Shown here: piece after piece, positions 51,401 to 63,400 of the stretch | Layout: each line of letters opens with the position of its first letter | Position numbering within the stretch: position 1 is the stretch's first letter | DNA from: Fimbriosthenelais zetlandica | Taxonomy: Eukaryota | Reading direction: 5' to 3' | NCBI GenBank assembly: GCA_977030845.1 | Contig: OZ365113.1 | Location: 30,566,001 to 30,630,000, forward strand | DNA: 64,000 nt | Position numbers and translations under genes: made by a program | Notes under the pieces: model-generated | Databases searched by the model: none | Told to the model about the DNA's origin: nothing | The model's input: the letters and a program-made list of their open reading frames with translations, nothing else

Positions 51401-54400
51401 GCGCAGCTCTCATAGGCTAGTGTGCTGGGGACAACCAAATAAAAGCAAAAACTAACCTGAAAGTTACACCCAGGGTCTCTTCTGACGGCGTGAATCCATT
51501 CTTGCCTCCTCTTCTGATCTTTTGGTATAGCATGGAAACTTACTTCACTGTATTTTTCGTATCGCGAGTCACTTTTGCACAGCGGTACACAACAGTGATC
51601 ATGCCGGCCGTCCATGCTTCCCGCCGCGCGCTGTCACGTCATTGTCAGTGACGACACTGCTGCTATGCGTCACTAGCCTCGTTTTGGATACGTAATGACG
51701 TCAGCGCGAGAAGGGTGTATTGCGATCTGTCTCTTTCTCCCACACTCACTGTCACCTATTTGACAGTTCCAATATTTTCATCTCAGACAGTTTTCATTCG
51801 ATAATTTCCACATCCCTTTACACCCTTTCTTTGATGCAAGGTGTTCTCAGTCCATTCTCGTTGATATAAGTAAAAAGCATCGTTTTGTTTAGTTCCATCT
51901 ATGGTGGATCTTTTGGAGGGTTGACAGTCCTCAGTCAGTGCTGGCCCCCGGGTGCTGCACTGCTGGCCTGTGACAGACTGTGAGATTGTTGTGTATTAGG
52001 AGACTTTGTTATTAGTAGGCCTACTAAATTACTAATAGTAGGCCTACTGTTTTATCTAAGACTCACTGGTACAGCCAATTGTTACATTGTCAATTTTAAT
52101 GCAACCCCTTAAATAAACCGGTATTAAACCTACGCCTTGATTCGTTCAATCTTGGTATTGTGGGACTTACAATTTGTCTATTAAATGACTAATAATTATT
52201 ATAAATGGCCTTAAATTATTAACTATATATTTGGCCTACGCCGCTAAAAGATTTCATATAATTCCTGTCTGTGATCTACAGTATGGTGCATAGCTATATT
52301 AGTATAAGAAAACATAAATGACTCCAAAAATTTCATCAGTTTCATCCAGTTTGACAGACTGAATGCAATCATCAGGTGATTCATGTAGGTAACTTTTGTT
52401 ATGGCATCACCCCACATTCTACTCATGCAGTACCGTAGGCTACCATGCCATGCCGGCCCCGTCCATGCCATGGTTCTAGATCTTTGTTCTTCATCCATGA
52501 GATAGGCCTATCCTGAACAATCAACGATGCTATTTTTCAGACCTAATTTTTTCGAAAAAAAAAAAACATCCAATTCATCGAGGTCGGTGGGAGTAGAATT
52601 TTTAACCATTTGCAGCCAGCATGAGAAGGGAAAGATAAGGATAACTTATCTTGGGGACTTACTCCAATATTGAATAATTATTAGCTTCTGTTATTATATG
52701 TTTTCTAGGATTAGATTAGGACCTCCATCCTATGTCGTGCTGAACTTATCAACAGCCCCCCCCCCCCCCCCCGCAAATAATACTAATTTATAAATTTCGC
52801 TCTGTGGCGAGCTTATAAACCCTCTTCAAAATCCCTTTGCTAAACAGTTTCACGGAGGTTCTAAAATGATCATTTGTATTGTGGACTATAATGCCGAGTT
52901 TTTCAATTGATATCAATTGTAACAACATTGGGAATGGAAATATGATCACTATTAAAACATAGATCTTGAATGTTATGAATGTCATATTTTTAGTTGATTG
53001 TGGCTTGCTCTTTGAGTGCTTTCTGAATATTTCTTTCAAGAATGAACTAAATCCCTAGAGTTAGCTTTGTAGGCACTTTTAACGCCTTTATGAGAATTAA
53101 CCAAAATATTTCCATTTTCAGTACCTATACTTGAAAGCTCAAAAGTGAAACGTACCTTTAATTATTTACTTGCTTCTGGACATAGACTATGATAGAGTAA
53201 AATGGAAAATCCAATCATGGAATAAATTTTATTCAACCACTGTTATTCACTTAGGCCTACGGTCCCTAAAACATCGTAATCTCTATTGTCTACCAGAGAG
53301 TCAACTATTCAGAATAAGTTTGACCTGATGTACTGCTAAACTTTAAATTTAACTTAACTATAAATTTACACCACAAGTTATATTCTCCTGGAAAAATATT
53401 TGAGACAGCTCACATTATATTGCAAAAGAATTTTACTGATGCCCCTCTGTAACAACACCTTCCAGTCAGTCTTCGCGAATCATTTCGGTTATTATTAAGT
53501 AAAAAAAAAAATACGAATGACCGGGAAAGTGATCAGCAGTCGATTATTGTGACTGCCTGCTTTTAGTAAAAGAAAAATAGAAGATTTATTCCAAACATCT
53601 TTGAAGCCATTTAATACTTATTTCATTCATTCACCGAAAAGTATAGATTGTTGTTCGAGTCCTTAAACGGACACCATATTCATGTAGTAGGAATCGAAAA
53701 GAAATCTAGTTGAAATTAAGAAATCCAGTACAAATTGTCAATGACCGGTAAACTTTGCCTTGTATAATATTGGTCGTTATGACCGTTTTAAAATTTTTCT
53801 CAAACTTGAGTCAAAGACTGCCTTCAAGTTATCTTGCCAGGGGAACACTATAAGGAAACTTTTTTGCTGATTGGCAACAGCTCTGTTGTGATAGTGCTTT
53901 TTAAGGTATAAACACGTCTTTGGATTTTAGTGAATATATAATATTTATCAATATTTGTTGCTAATAACTGAATGTCATTAATATGTATTTGGTTCAAAGC
54001 TAATGTGGCTTCATTGAATTAACAATATAACCAATTTATTTTGCGGACATAAAAATTTAAGACCACAATCTCATCAACACACTTGCATCAGAGACGACTA
54101 ATTATAGGAAAACTTTATAAATTGTTGAAATCTATATTTAGACACAAGAATTAAAGTTTTTTTGTTTCTCTTGCTGTTTCCATCCCTATAGGTGGCACTA
54201 GCTCGGTAACCTCCTGCTATTTGGCCAACGTGTTGTGACTCAGCATTAGTTGTAGTGACAGTGGCTGCCGCATGCTAAAACATATATATGTACCCCCCCC
54301 CCCCCCACCTCCTATAAGAGTGTCTACATGTAGCCCCCCCCCCCCCCCCCCCCTCGCCTACCACCCCCTTACACACTCCCCACACAGACATAACTATAGC

Positions 54401-57400
54401 AGCCCATCCATCCCATGTGTATATATATACTACAGTACACACTTATAGTTATACCCCCTCCCCTTTTAAAGCTTCGTTCCTTTAGTCAACTTTAAGCTTC
54501 CCCTCCTCAGTATAGGGACAAACCTATGGTGTCAACCACGGACATTGCCAGACACCATAGATTTACCCATTCAGTACTTAATATCTGATACATATTTAAA
54601 CGTGCCCGTGTGTGAACTGAGGATATGGGCTGATACACATATATGTCAATGGATACCGGATTACGGAGATAGAACTTACTTGTTAGATATCTTCTACTTA
54701 CTCACCATGCACTGCACAACAGGATCATGTACATACATATCCACTCTCGTTTAAAAACTGGAAAGCACAACAAGGACTACTATTTAAAGAGAGCGTTTGT
54801 GTCTTGGCTCTTGTTATATTATAAGTAGGCCTCAATTTAAGACTGAGTCTGGAGACTGTTTCCCCCCATGAGAATAAGAGGCCCATAGATAGTAAATAAA
54901 GATGAAAGTGGATAGGTCAAGGAATCAAGCCAAACGCCACTCAGCTGGCAGTGAGAGAACGAGACGGGGTAGATTGAAGTCCACCCTGTGCATGAAAAGA
55001 ATGGAAGAGTTGCGCTCACAGCGTATTCAGGTCAGTGTGCAATGAGCCAGCCACCAAATTTCTCAATAAAACAACAAAAATATACAAAGAATTGCTTCTC
55101 TAACCACGACCAAAATCACTACCAAAAACGAATCAGTTCATACCAGCTTGTTTGGTATATACACCTGTACTAAATGCTATACTAATGGCTCCATTGCATA
55201 CGCTTCAATAATCGCATCATTTGCCAAAAAAAGCTTTTTGCCTGAATACTGGTACAAGAAATGATGCTGCCATCACTACTTACTAACTGTCAAATTATTG
55301 GGCTTTGGCGCTTAAACGCTGGTGACAGATTAACAACTTAACATAGCTCTGACCTCCTGTCATTTGCAAACCTGTCCCTGCCCTAAAAATGGGAAATCCC
55401 CCCCCCCCCCACCCTTAATTCCCCCTCTCCAAATTCCCTTAATTTCCAAGAAAATTGTTCCCTAAACAATTAGGCTTTTCCCTTGATTGGTAGTTTTTCG
55501 TTACAGCTGGTACAAAAAGGTTGAATAGCAGAACTTTTGAAATTAGATTTTTCCCCCTGAAATTTGGACATTTTTTTTTATATAAATATTTGGCACTATT
55601 TTTGTTTCTTGCGTAATACTTACAGACAATAACTATGTATCTAGAGATTTGTGTCAACTTATTGCACCAAAATTTGTCACCGTCCCAACCAACCAACGCT
55701 CGTAATGACAGGGCTAAGACCTTGCAAATAGGAGATGCATCCAATCTTCTACTAACACTCATCGGGCTCACAAGGGAAGTAATTATTCAATGATTGAAAA
55801 CGAAGATTCTAAATGACGACCGAAATATTAATTAGTGTTACTGTGTAGATCTTTAAGATTTGTCCTGACTTGATTCCCAAGATTTTTTTTTTTTTAAATA
55901 ATTTCAAAAATTTAATTAATATATTTTTGGGAACTGATAAGCATATAATATTATATGTTTATCAGGTCCCATAAAATGTAATCAAAGTTTTAAAACTATC
56001 CTCAAATTATAAAATATATGCATCACTCCAATATTCAGTTATAAATAAGAATGTCAGTGCTTAGTGAAGAATGGTATTTTGGGGATGAGCCCATAAGAGC
56101 TTGCATGCCCATTAGTACTTAAATCTTCATTTCAGTCATGCAGTTCTTGCTGTGGGACATTCTTAATTCCATTGATTGTTTCACGTGTAGCAGATTTTAC
56201 AATTTATTTATATGCCACATCTCACTCTAAAAAATAAATATTTAATTTCAGTTTGAAGTTTGTAAATAAAGTGTTTTATGTTAATTTTGTCAGGACATGA
56301 TTTATACATCTCATTTTCTAAATATAATTTATTTTTTGAGTTCAGATAGGATTCATTGATATTGACTCGCATCATCCGCATTCTTGTTTTCACACATCTG
56401 CTTTAAATACTATGAAAAAAGTTCTCCCCTCCACACTCCTTATTTCCTCACTTCAAAGAAAGATTTTATTTGATGTATATAAAATGGAATACCCTGTATA
56501 TTTGGGTTCGCAGTGTTGAGGTAACTTTTAGTTTTAAATTTATTCTTAATTTGAATTTGATTACAGTGAAGTCTCACTTAAGGACTACCTCACTAAATCG
56601 ACCATATCACAAGTCGACCATTAAATTGTCAGAAGGAAATTAATTAGAGATGGCCAGAACCAAAACTTTTCACATTAGACATACTATCTTTGAGACTATT
56701 AGTTCACTCACTAGGGTGCTTCCATGTAGTGGGACACCACTGTATGTCCTGTTATTAAATTCATATTTATAGTGTGATGCTATGATATAATAGGAACTAG
56801 TGATGATAGACTACCTTATAAATAGAACTAGTGCAATATCTCCCGATGAGTAATCACATGCTCGTTCCATAGTATGCTGTTCAGACTTATGTCATCTCTT
56901 ATGAATCTGATGATCCATGAGTGACAGTTTTCCTTGACCCTGATATAAAATTTGAACTTTTGTAAATTGTTTTTTCTTTCAGATTCGTAATATTCAGAAT
57001 GTGATTCGGCTGACGAAGGAGAATCTGGAGGCATTGAATGCCAAGTTCGGGACCCACCAGCACCCTCCTTCTATGTACCTACAGGTGGGCGAAAATCTTA
57101 AATAATATAAGTTATTTTTATTTGGTTTAGAATTATTATTGAGCCATGTGATTAGTGAAAATACCAGCTCACACTCTTGATGTCACTGACTCTCTTTTTC
57201 ATGTATGATTTACAGCTGGGGGGCTCTTTCTAAGTGCTTTTCTACTGCCTTTTGTGCAATGGATATTTCTCAGGTATAAGTGCTTTATACAAAACACTAC
57301 ATCCTGAGGAGGAAGGCAGTAAAAATGCCTTGGACAGTTCAAATGGGGGATTGAACCGCCAACCCGTCGATCATTGGTCAAACCCCTAAGAAGGAAGGCA

Positions 57401-60400
57401 GTGAAAATGCCTTGGACAGTTTGGGGGATTGAACCGTCAGGGACTTTAAAAAAATCTGTAAACTAACTTCTTTCTCCTGTTATCTTCAAATGTCGGCTTT
57501 GTGGAATAACCGGGAATCCTGACATATTGTATTACAGTATAGCCTTACTAAGCGACCTCTTCACTTAAGTGACCATATCAGTATTATGTGAACACTAAAT
57601 TTTCAGAACCACATGGCCGTTTTAGCCTCACTGGGATAGCAACTATTCTGCTAGCGTCCAAGATTAGGCCAGTCACAAGAGTTGTCGCATTAGTGAGACC
57701 ACTGCATTACATAAGCGGCAGATTTCTTTACATTAAGGATGTTTATAGGAAGATAATTCTGAATTTTAATAGATCTGCTGGTTTAGGTTTTTAGTATGTC
57801 TGACTCATGAACTCTGTTGTTAACGTGCTTGCTAAATTATTCCTGCCTATCTTCCTCCTTCCCACCGTTCTTCTTCCCTACTTCCCAGGTTCCTGAGTTG
57901 CAGAGCTAAGTCCTTTTCTCTGCAAACCTGGATAGCTGATATGTTAGTAACTTAACATGGCATTTTGACATGGATACCATAGACCCAGGAAGGAAAAATG
58001 AATGAATATCTTATATTAAGGATTTTAGTATTTTTGGTGGTGTCCCAGTTGTAGTTGACCAAAGATATTGGGTGACTGTTTTCTGAAGACATTTAGCAGA
58101 TCCTTTGTGTGATATTTGGAGTAGCCTATGCTATCCGACACTTGCCCCCCCCCCCCCCCCCCCCCCAACCCCTCCCACAATCACGAGTTGGGTGTGAACA
58201 GGGTCTGTTTTAACTTAAGTGTTGAAAGTTGAATTGACTTTGTCCTATTATAGCGGCCCCAACTCTTATTACTTTGGAAGTACAGTAAACATTCTAATAG
58301 GAGCCCGTCTTCTATTGCAAAACTCTCTAAATGAGAGTGCTCATTTAATCATTAGAATTGTCATTAAGATCAACTCCCCAACTTAGAGTCGAAATTTATC
58401 ATCATGTCCACGAGGATCTTAATCTCAGTGGAGTTACCTCTTCTGATCTGTTCACATAAGTGAACGTAGTCATTGAACGTTTAACGAAATAAAAACTATA
58501 TGCTTAGACCAGTTATAGGAAAAGACCCATCATGAGATGAGATTATCTTTAATTGAAATGATAAATTAGTAAAATCAACTTTAAAGTTAGAATGATCTCT
58601 GTAGACGTGTCTACAACATCTAGTTCTAGCTCGCTTCCTCATTTATCGAAACTCGCTTTCATTTAATTTCCTCCCTCTTGACCCATATCTTTTCTGCCTA
58701 TTTATTCAGTGGTCCCATTTAGAAACTTTACTATATTCGGAGTAGGCGTTCCACTCCAGAATTCCCCACCGTGACGCAATCCTGCCTGGGGACACCCCCG
58801 GAATTCCCTCTATATGACGTCATTATTGTGATCGTGACTGGAGTGGTAGTGTATGGGTACGCCCACTGAGCAAGGCTCTACTACCAACAGTATAGATACT
58901 CGTTGGCTCGACTAAGGACACCCAACTAGGTACCTTGTAGGCTGTACGGATAAAAGGGTGGGGTCACTCAAGTGTTGCCTAGCAACCAAGCTAGAGTCAT
59001 GACCAGAACCTGATCATACTTTTCATGCTAGTAACATTTTTTCCTGGAAATTTTATGCCATGCAGAAAATGCCGTACTGGTTGAATGTCTAGGCTATATT
59101 TTTTGTTAAATTATGTGGATCAGTACATTCTGGTAGGAGTTATTTATAAGGAAAAGTCACAATTTTTTCTGTTCCATGGGCACTTAACATCGTATGACAT
59201 CTGGGAATTTCCCCAGAAAATGAAACATGTGGAAATGGATTTCATAAAGATTCTTGGAATTCAAATGACATGAGCTTTTCTTTTTGTCCCGTTCTTGAGC
59301 AATGACAAAGTGTATACAGTTCTTATACATACAATGTAACGAGGATGCAAATTCATAACGTTTGAACATATTCATGTATGTCTAATCTGTTTAACTTAGT
59401 AACATATAGTATTTCATGCTGTTGCTAAATAATTTTGTCATTTATTCCATGAATTAACTTTGCCCTAGTTAAGAGAGACATTTCTCCTTAAGATGAGACA
59501 TTTCATGTATAGTTTTTCTCAAAAGTTCGCAAGCTTTTTCTAAATTTAAGTCCTTTAATTTGGAGCCAGACCACGACCCCACTCCTTATCTTAAAAACAG
59601 TAGCTGAAATCTCGCAGTGGCTGAAGACTGATATTCATTCAGTTTTTTTCCACAAATTAAAATGGGCCTCGGACCACCACCTACTGTTTTAAAGATGGCC
59701 CCTATTAAACATATATGTACTTCATTTTAATACAGTAATGTTGCAGCCTCCGAGAGTCAATTTCATTTCAGTCTCGCAGATGGCAGCACATTTTCTGGTG
59801 GTCGCTTTAGTGAAACAGACTATACATCTTCTTTCCCCCTCCCTTCACTTCTCTCCCCTCCACTTCTCCAGTCTTGTAGTTGCTTTAATTAGTGAGGCAG
59901 ACATCTTCTCCCCGCCCCCCCCCCCCTTTCCCTTCTCTCCTTTTCCCCTTCTCTTTCTCCCTTCCCCTTGCTTAGCCTTCTGGTGTTCGTATTAGTGAGA
60001 AAGCTGCACCTCAGCGTTCTCTCTTCCCTTCCTCTCCTTCCCTTCCCCTTCCCCTCTCCTGTCTGGCGGCCGCCTTAGTGATATATACCGTACATCTTCT
60101 TTCGCCCTCGCTTCCCTTCTCCCTTGTCTCCCTTCCCCTTCTCGTCTGCTGGTCGTTTTAGTGAGAGGTTACAGTATATAGGTGACTTACTTGTGAGGCG
60201 TGGCTCGTGGTGTGGTCCTGCCTGATGTGCTGTCGATCAGTAGAACTGCTCGCCCATATTGAACAGGTCACGGTCCCTCCCCTCCTCCAATGTACAGCGC
60301 TCGTGTCATTTGTGCAAATACAAACAGCTGGCCCTTAGCTAATAGCTGAATTGACTTGTGAAACAGCTAGATGGGACAGTTGTTATACATACTCATCCTA

Positions 60401-63400
60401 TTTATGATAACCCTGGGACATTGCCTCCTTACAAAACACCAAGTATGCGGAAAACATCTCCAATTGTTTTATTCCAAAAAGCCAATGCTTGAATTTGCTG
60501 TCTCTAAATCTTTAATCTAGGCTTTCGCTCATGCCATATTTTAATTTCTTTTCTGGCCAATGCCATCTTTTGTGCAATAATCCTGCCAAGTTTCACACCC
60601 CCTGAAGTATTTTCTGTAAATTATCTATTGTTTATTTTCTAAGAAATCTTTTTTAATGAAATAAGGGTTTGAACCCAGAAAGAATAAAGGGGTATTATCT
60701 CCATTTGAATATGCTTGAATTTGGCCCCAGTTCCCATTGCTCCTCGTAAACATTGTACTCCAGATTTATGTTGAAAATAATGAATATTTTACATTGAATA
60801 ATTCATGAAATGTCCCGCCTGTCTCGGACATAAGTTTTACCATTTAGTTTGCCGTAAGATATATCCTAGGTTCATTCAGGTACACGCTATTTATTTATAC
60901 AAAAAACACACTAAATTGACCATCTCAAAATTTGACCACTAAGTCAAATGCTCCCAACCTAAGTAATGTTTTAGTACCACTAAGACATATCTTAGAATAA
61001 AATGAATTTTACTCAAAGGAAATATGCACTAATACGACCCACTATGACAATAATATTGGTAGTTCAATGTGAAGGGTGGTCGCATTTTGAGACTCAGCTA
61101 GTGCTACCTACCCTTTTTCTAGGATTTGGAGCTATTTCTTTAATTGGCCATTCATATGATATGTGGGCCATAAAATCTGTCATACAAAAAAATGATATTC
61201 ATAACTTGTGGCCTTAGTGGACCAGCTGTAAAATTGTAGCAGATATTATGATGTTTAGCAGTGAGGCCAGCAGCTGTGTGCCGATCAATAGGCCTTAAAA
61301 CATCCATGAGCTTTACCTTGGCCTTAACCAATCCTCCAATGTATATGGGAAGAGCTCATAGGGGCCCAGACTGAGTGTGTGAGTCAGTGAGTGACACTGA
61401 GGATTTTTCAGCAGTGAAAATCCCATTTTCGGATTAATTTCCCTCATTGAACCTACCATATAAGCGCTCGGGATTATTATACTATTTCATTTTTGCCCTT
61501 TTCAATTGACCATCTTATGGATTGTAAGCACAGATGTGCACAAAACGGATATGATATCTGTATATGATTTATATTCATTGTATTGGATCATATATACATT
61601 GGGATCTTATTAATGCGACCACCCAGGACTTAATTAGAGGTGTTGGTTGTGTAGAAGGGTTGTCATTTTAGTGAGTATGTCTTAGTGGTCAGGATCTTAC
61701 GTTTATGACCTACTAGTGAATAATTGTCGAAAAATTGCCACGGATATTGCCCGACATTGGGATATATATACACATGTACACGTGGATATATTTTAACAAT
61801 ATATTCCTGGATATTTTCCCCGGAGGAGTCCCTCATATATTTCATGTAATGTATTCAAATTTTGGGGCCCATATGGAAGTAGAGAACTTTTCAGTCTATT
61901 AAAATTTTCAGTCTATTAAAAACTATAAAAGCTGTCAATTGAATATATATACGGAGACCTTAAAAACCATTTTTTGACATGAGGCCATGATAGTATTCTG
62001 GCTGAGGTTTTTTCCCTATAAAACATTGATGTGTTGAGGCCTGATGTGATTGTTGGGATAGAGAGAGAGAGAGATGGTTGTGACATGGTAATTGTGCATG
62101 TGTTCATACCCTGGATCTGAGACATGTGTCAGATGGTCATCACTATACGTACATCTATACATACATGATCCAACCAGGGTCCACCAAACCAAGTGACCAA
62201 CAACTACAACCATTTTGACCCTCTCATTGCATGTTTGGCAAGAACATTTAGAGTATCGGATCATTTGACCCAGCCCCCCCCCCCCCCCCCCCCCCAGAAA
62301 CTAAAACATTAGTCCGGGAAACTCATTTTGAAGTTCAGCTTCTGGTTGCAATTTGGCAAGCACATTTTGGGTGACCGCTAGTTGCAGGACAACTGAAATG
62401 TCAAGCAAGCTTTTGGTTGCAACCAGAATTTGACGGGGCTGAGCAAGGAACCGGGACGAGCCAAATATTGGGCAGGGAAACCAATTTTGAGCTTCTGTTT
62501 TCATGGAAACAATTCTGGATCAAAGCACATTCCTGACATATGTTTGAAGAATTTCAATAAGTGGCGACTCCATAAAGCGCGAGGATTGAGTAGAATGCTG
62601 GAATATTTATGATATATGGGTGTGACATTTTCTATTTAAAAACATTGATCTAGCTGCTCAGTAACCATGTGTACCAGTTTGTGTTGTGGACTCAAAATGA
62701 GCCGACGGAAGAAAAAGGTATTCTTCTCACAATATACATGCACATACATCACTCCAGATTCATTTGTTTCCGTTTTCTATAATATGCTGATCTCTTTCTA
62801 TTTGTGACCCAGATCTCTCCATTTACTCCCTTTATAAAATACATCGTATTTATTGTATAATTGAAAGCCCGCTCTATTTATATTATATTCTCTGTTTTAT
62901 AACGCCCCTATACCAAAATTCTGTTATTATTTTCATTATTGAATCTTTTTCTGTAGTTTTACATTCCCATATTTATTTAAATAATTTTAATGACTAACAT
63001 TTATTTTCTATTTTAATCACTGTTTTCCCAATAATTGATACAATCTATTTTCACGATTTTAATTATTTCATTGCATTTTTTAATGAATATTTTCCCTATT
63101 TTATTGCCGTTTCACGAGCCTATTTTAATGACTATTTTTCCCTATTTTATTGTCGTTTCATTGCCTATTTCATATAATATTTTTCCCGATTTTAATGTCC
63201 TTTCATTGCCTATTTTAATGACTTTCCCCTTTTCCAACAGGAATATGACTGGCTGACTAAGAAAGTCCACGAGCTGCAGTTAAAGGAGCAGGATCTATTG
63301 GAGCAGCTCAGCAATGAGAGGAGCTCGCCCATCAACACGCCGGTGGATACCCCGACACAGGACATCCAGCATGTCTTCCCATCCACCGTCACCCCATCTC

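Larger units (their letters stand above)
42864..51718. mobile_element. ISL2EU-type (PIF/Harbinger-related PHIS group) DNA transposon, apparently full-length, in Raf intron 1
   Basis: Imperfect TIRs of about 57 bp contain a perfect 24-bp inverted core: AAAACGAGGCTAGTGACGCATAGC at 42897-42920 and its reverse complement at 51662-51685. They enclose two convergent intact genes, THAP-HTH-DDE and SWIM-YqaJ. This gene pair is the described ISL2EU architecture. The exact terminal bases are uncertain by 1-3 nt. Confidence 0.85.

Noticed and set aside
59588-59696. 16-bp inverted repeat ATCTTAAAAACAGTAG / CTACTGTTTTAAAGAT
   Set aside because: Probably a small MITE remnant, but the ends and TSD are not resolved.
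55439-60300. Minus-strand GTAAGT donors near 55620 and 60190 and a 110-aa ORF, suggesting an antisense gene in the Raf introns
   Set aside because: I could not build a phase-consistent, recognisable protein. A non-coding transcript cannot be excluded without RNA data.
18618-63240. First idea that exon 63241 continued the coiled-coil gene across a 45-kb intron, nesting all the middle genes
   Set aside because: The coiled-coil gene ends at TM exon 19050-19154. Exon 63241 matches Raf BRS/RBD and joins exons 42451 and 56983.
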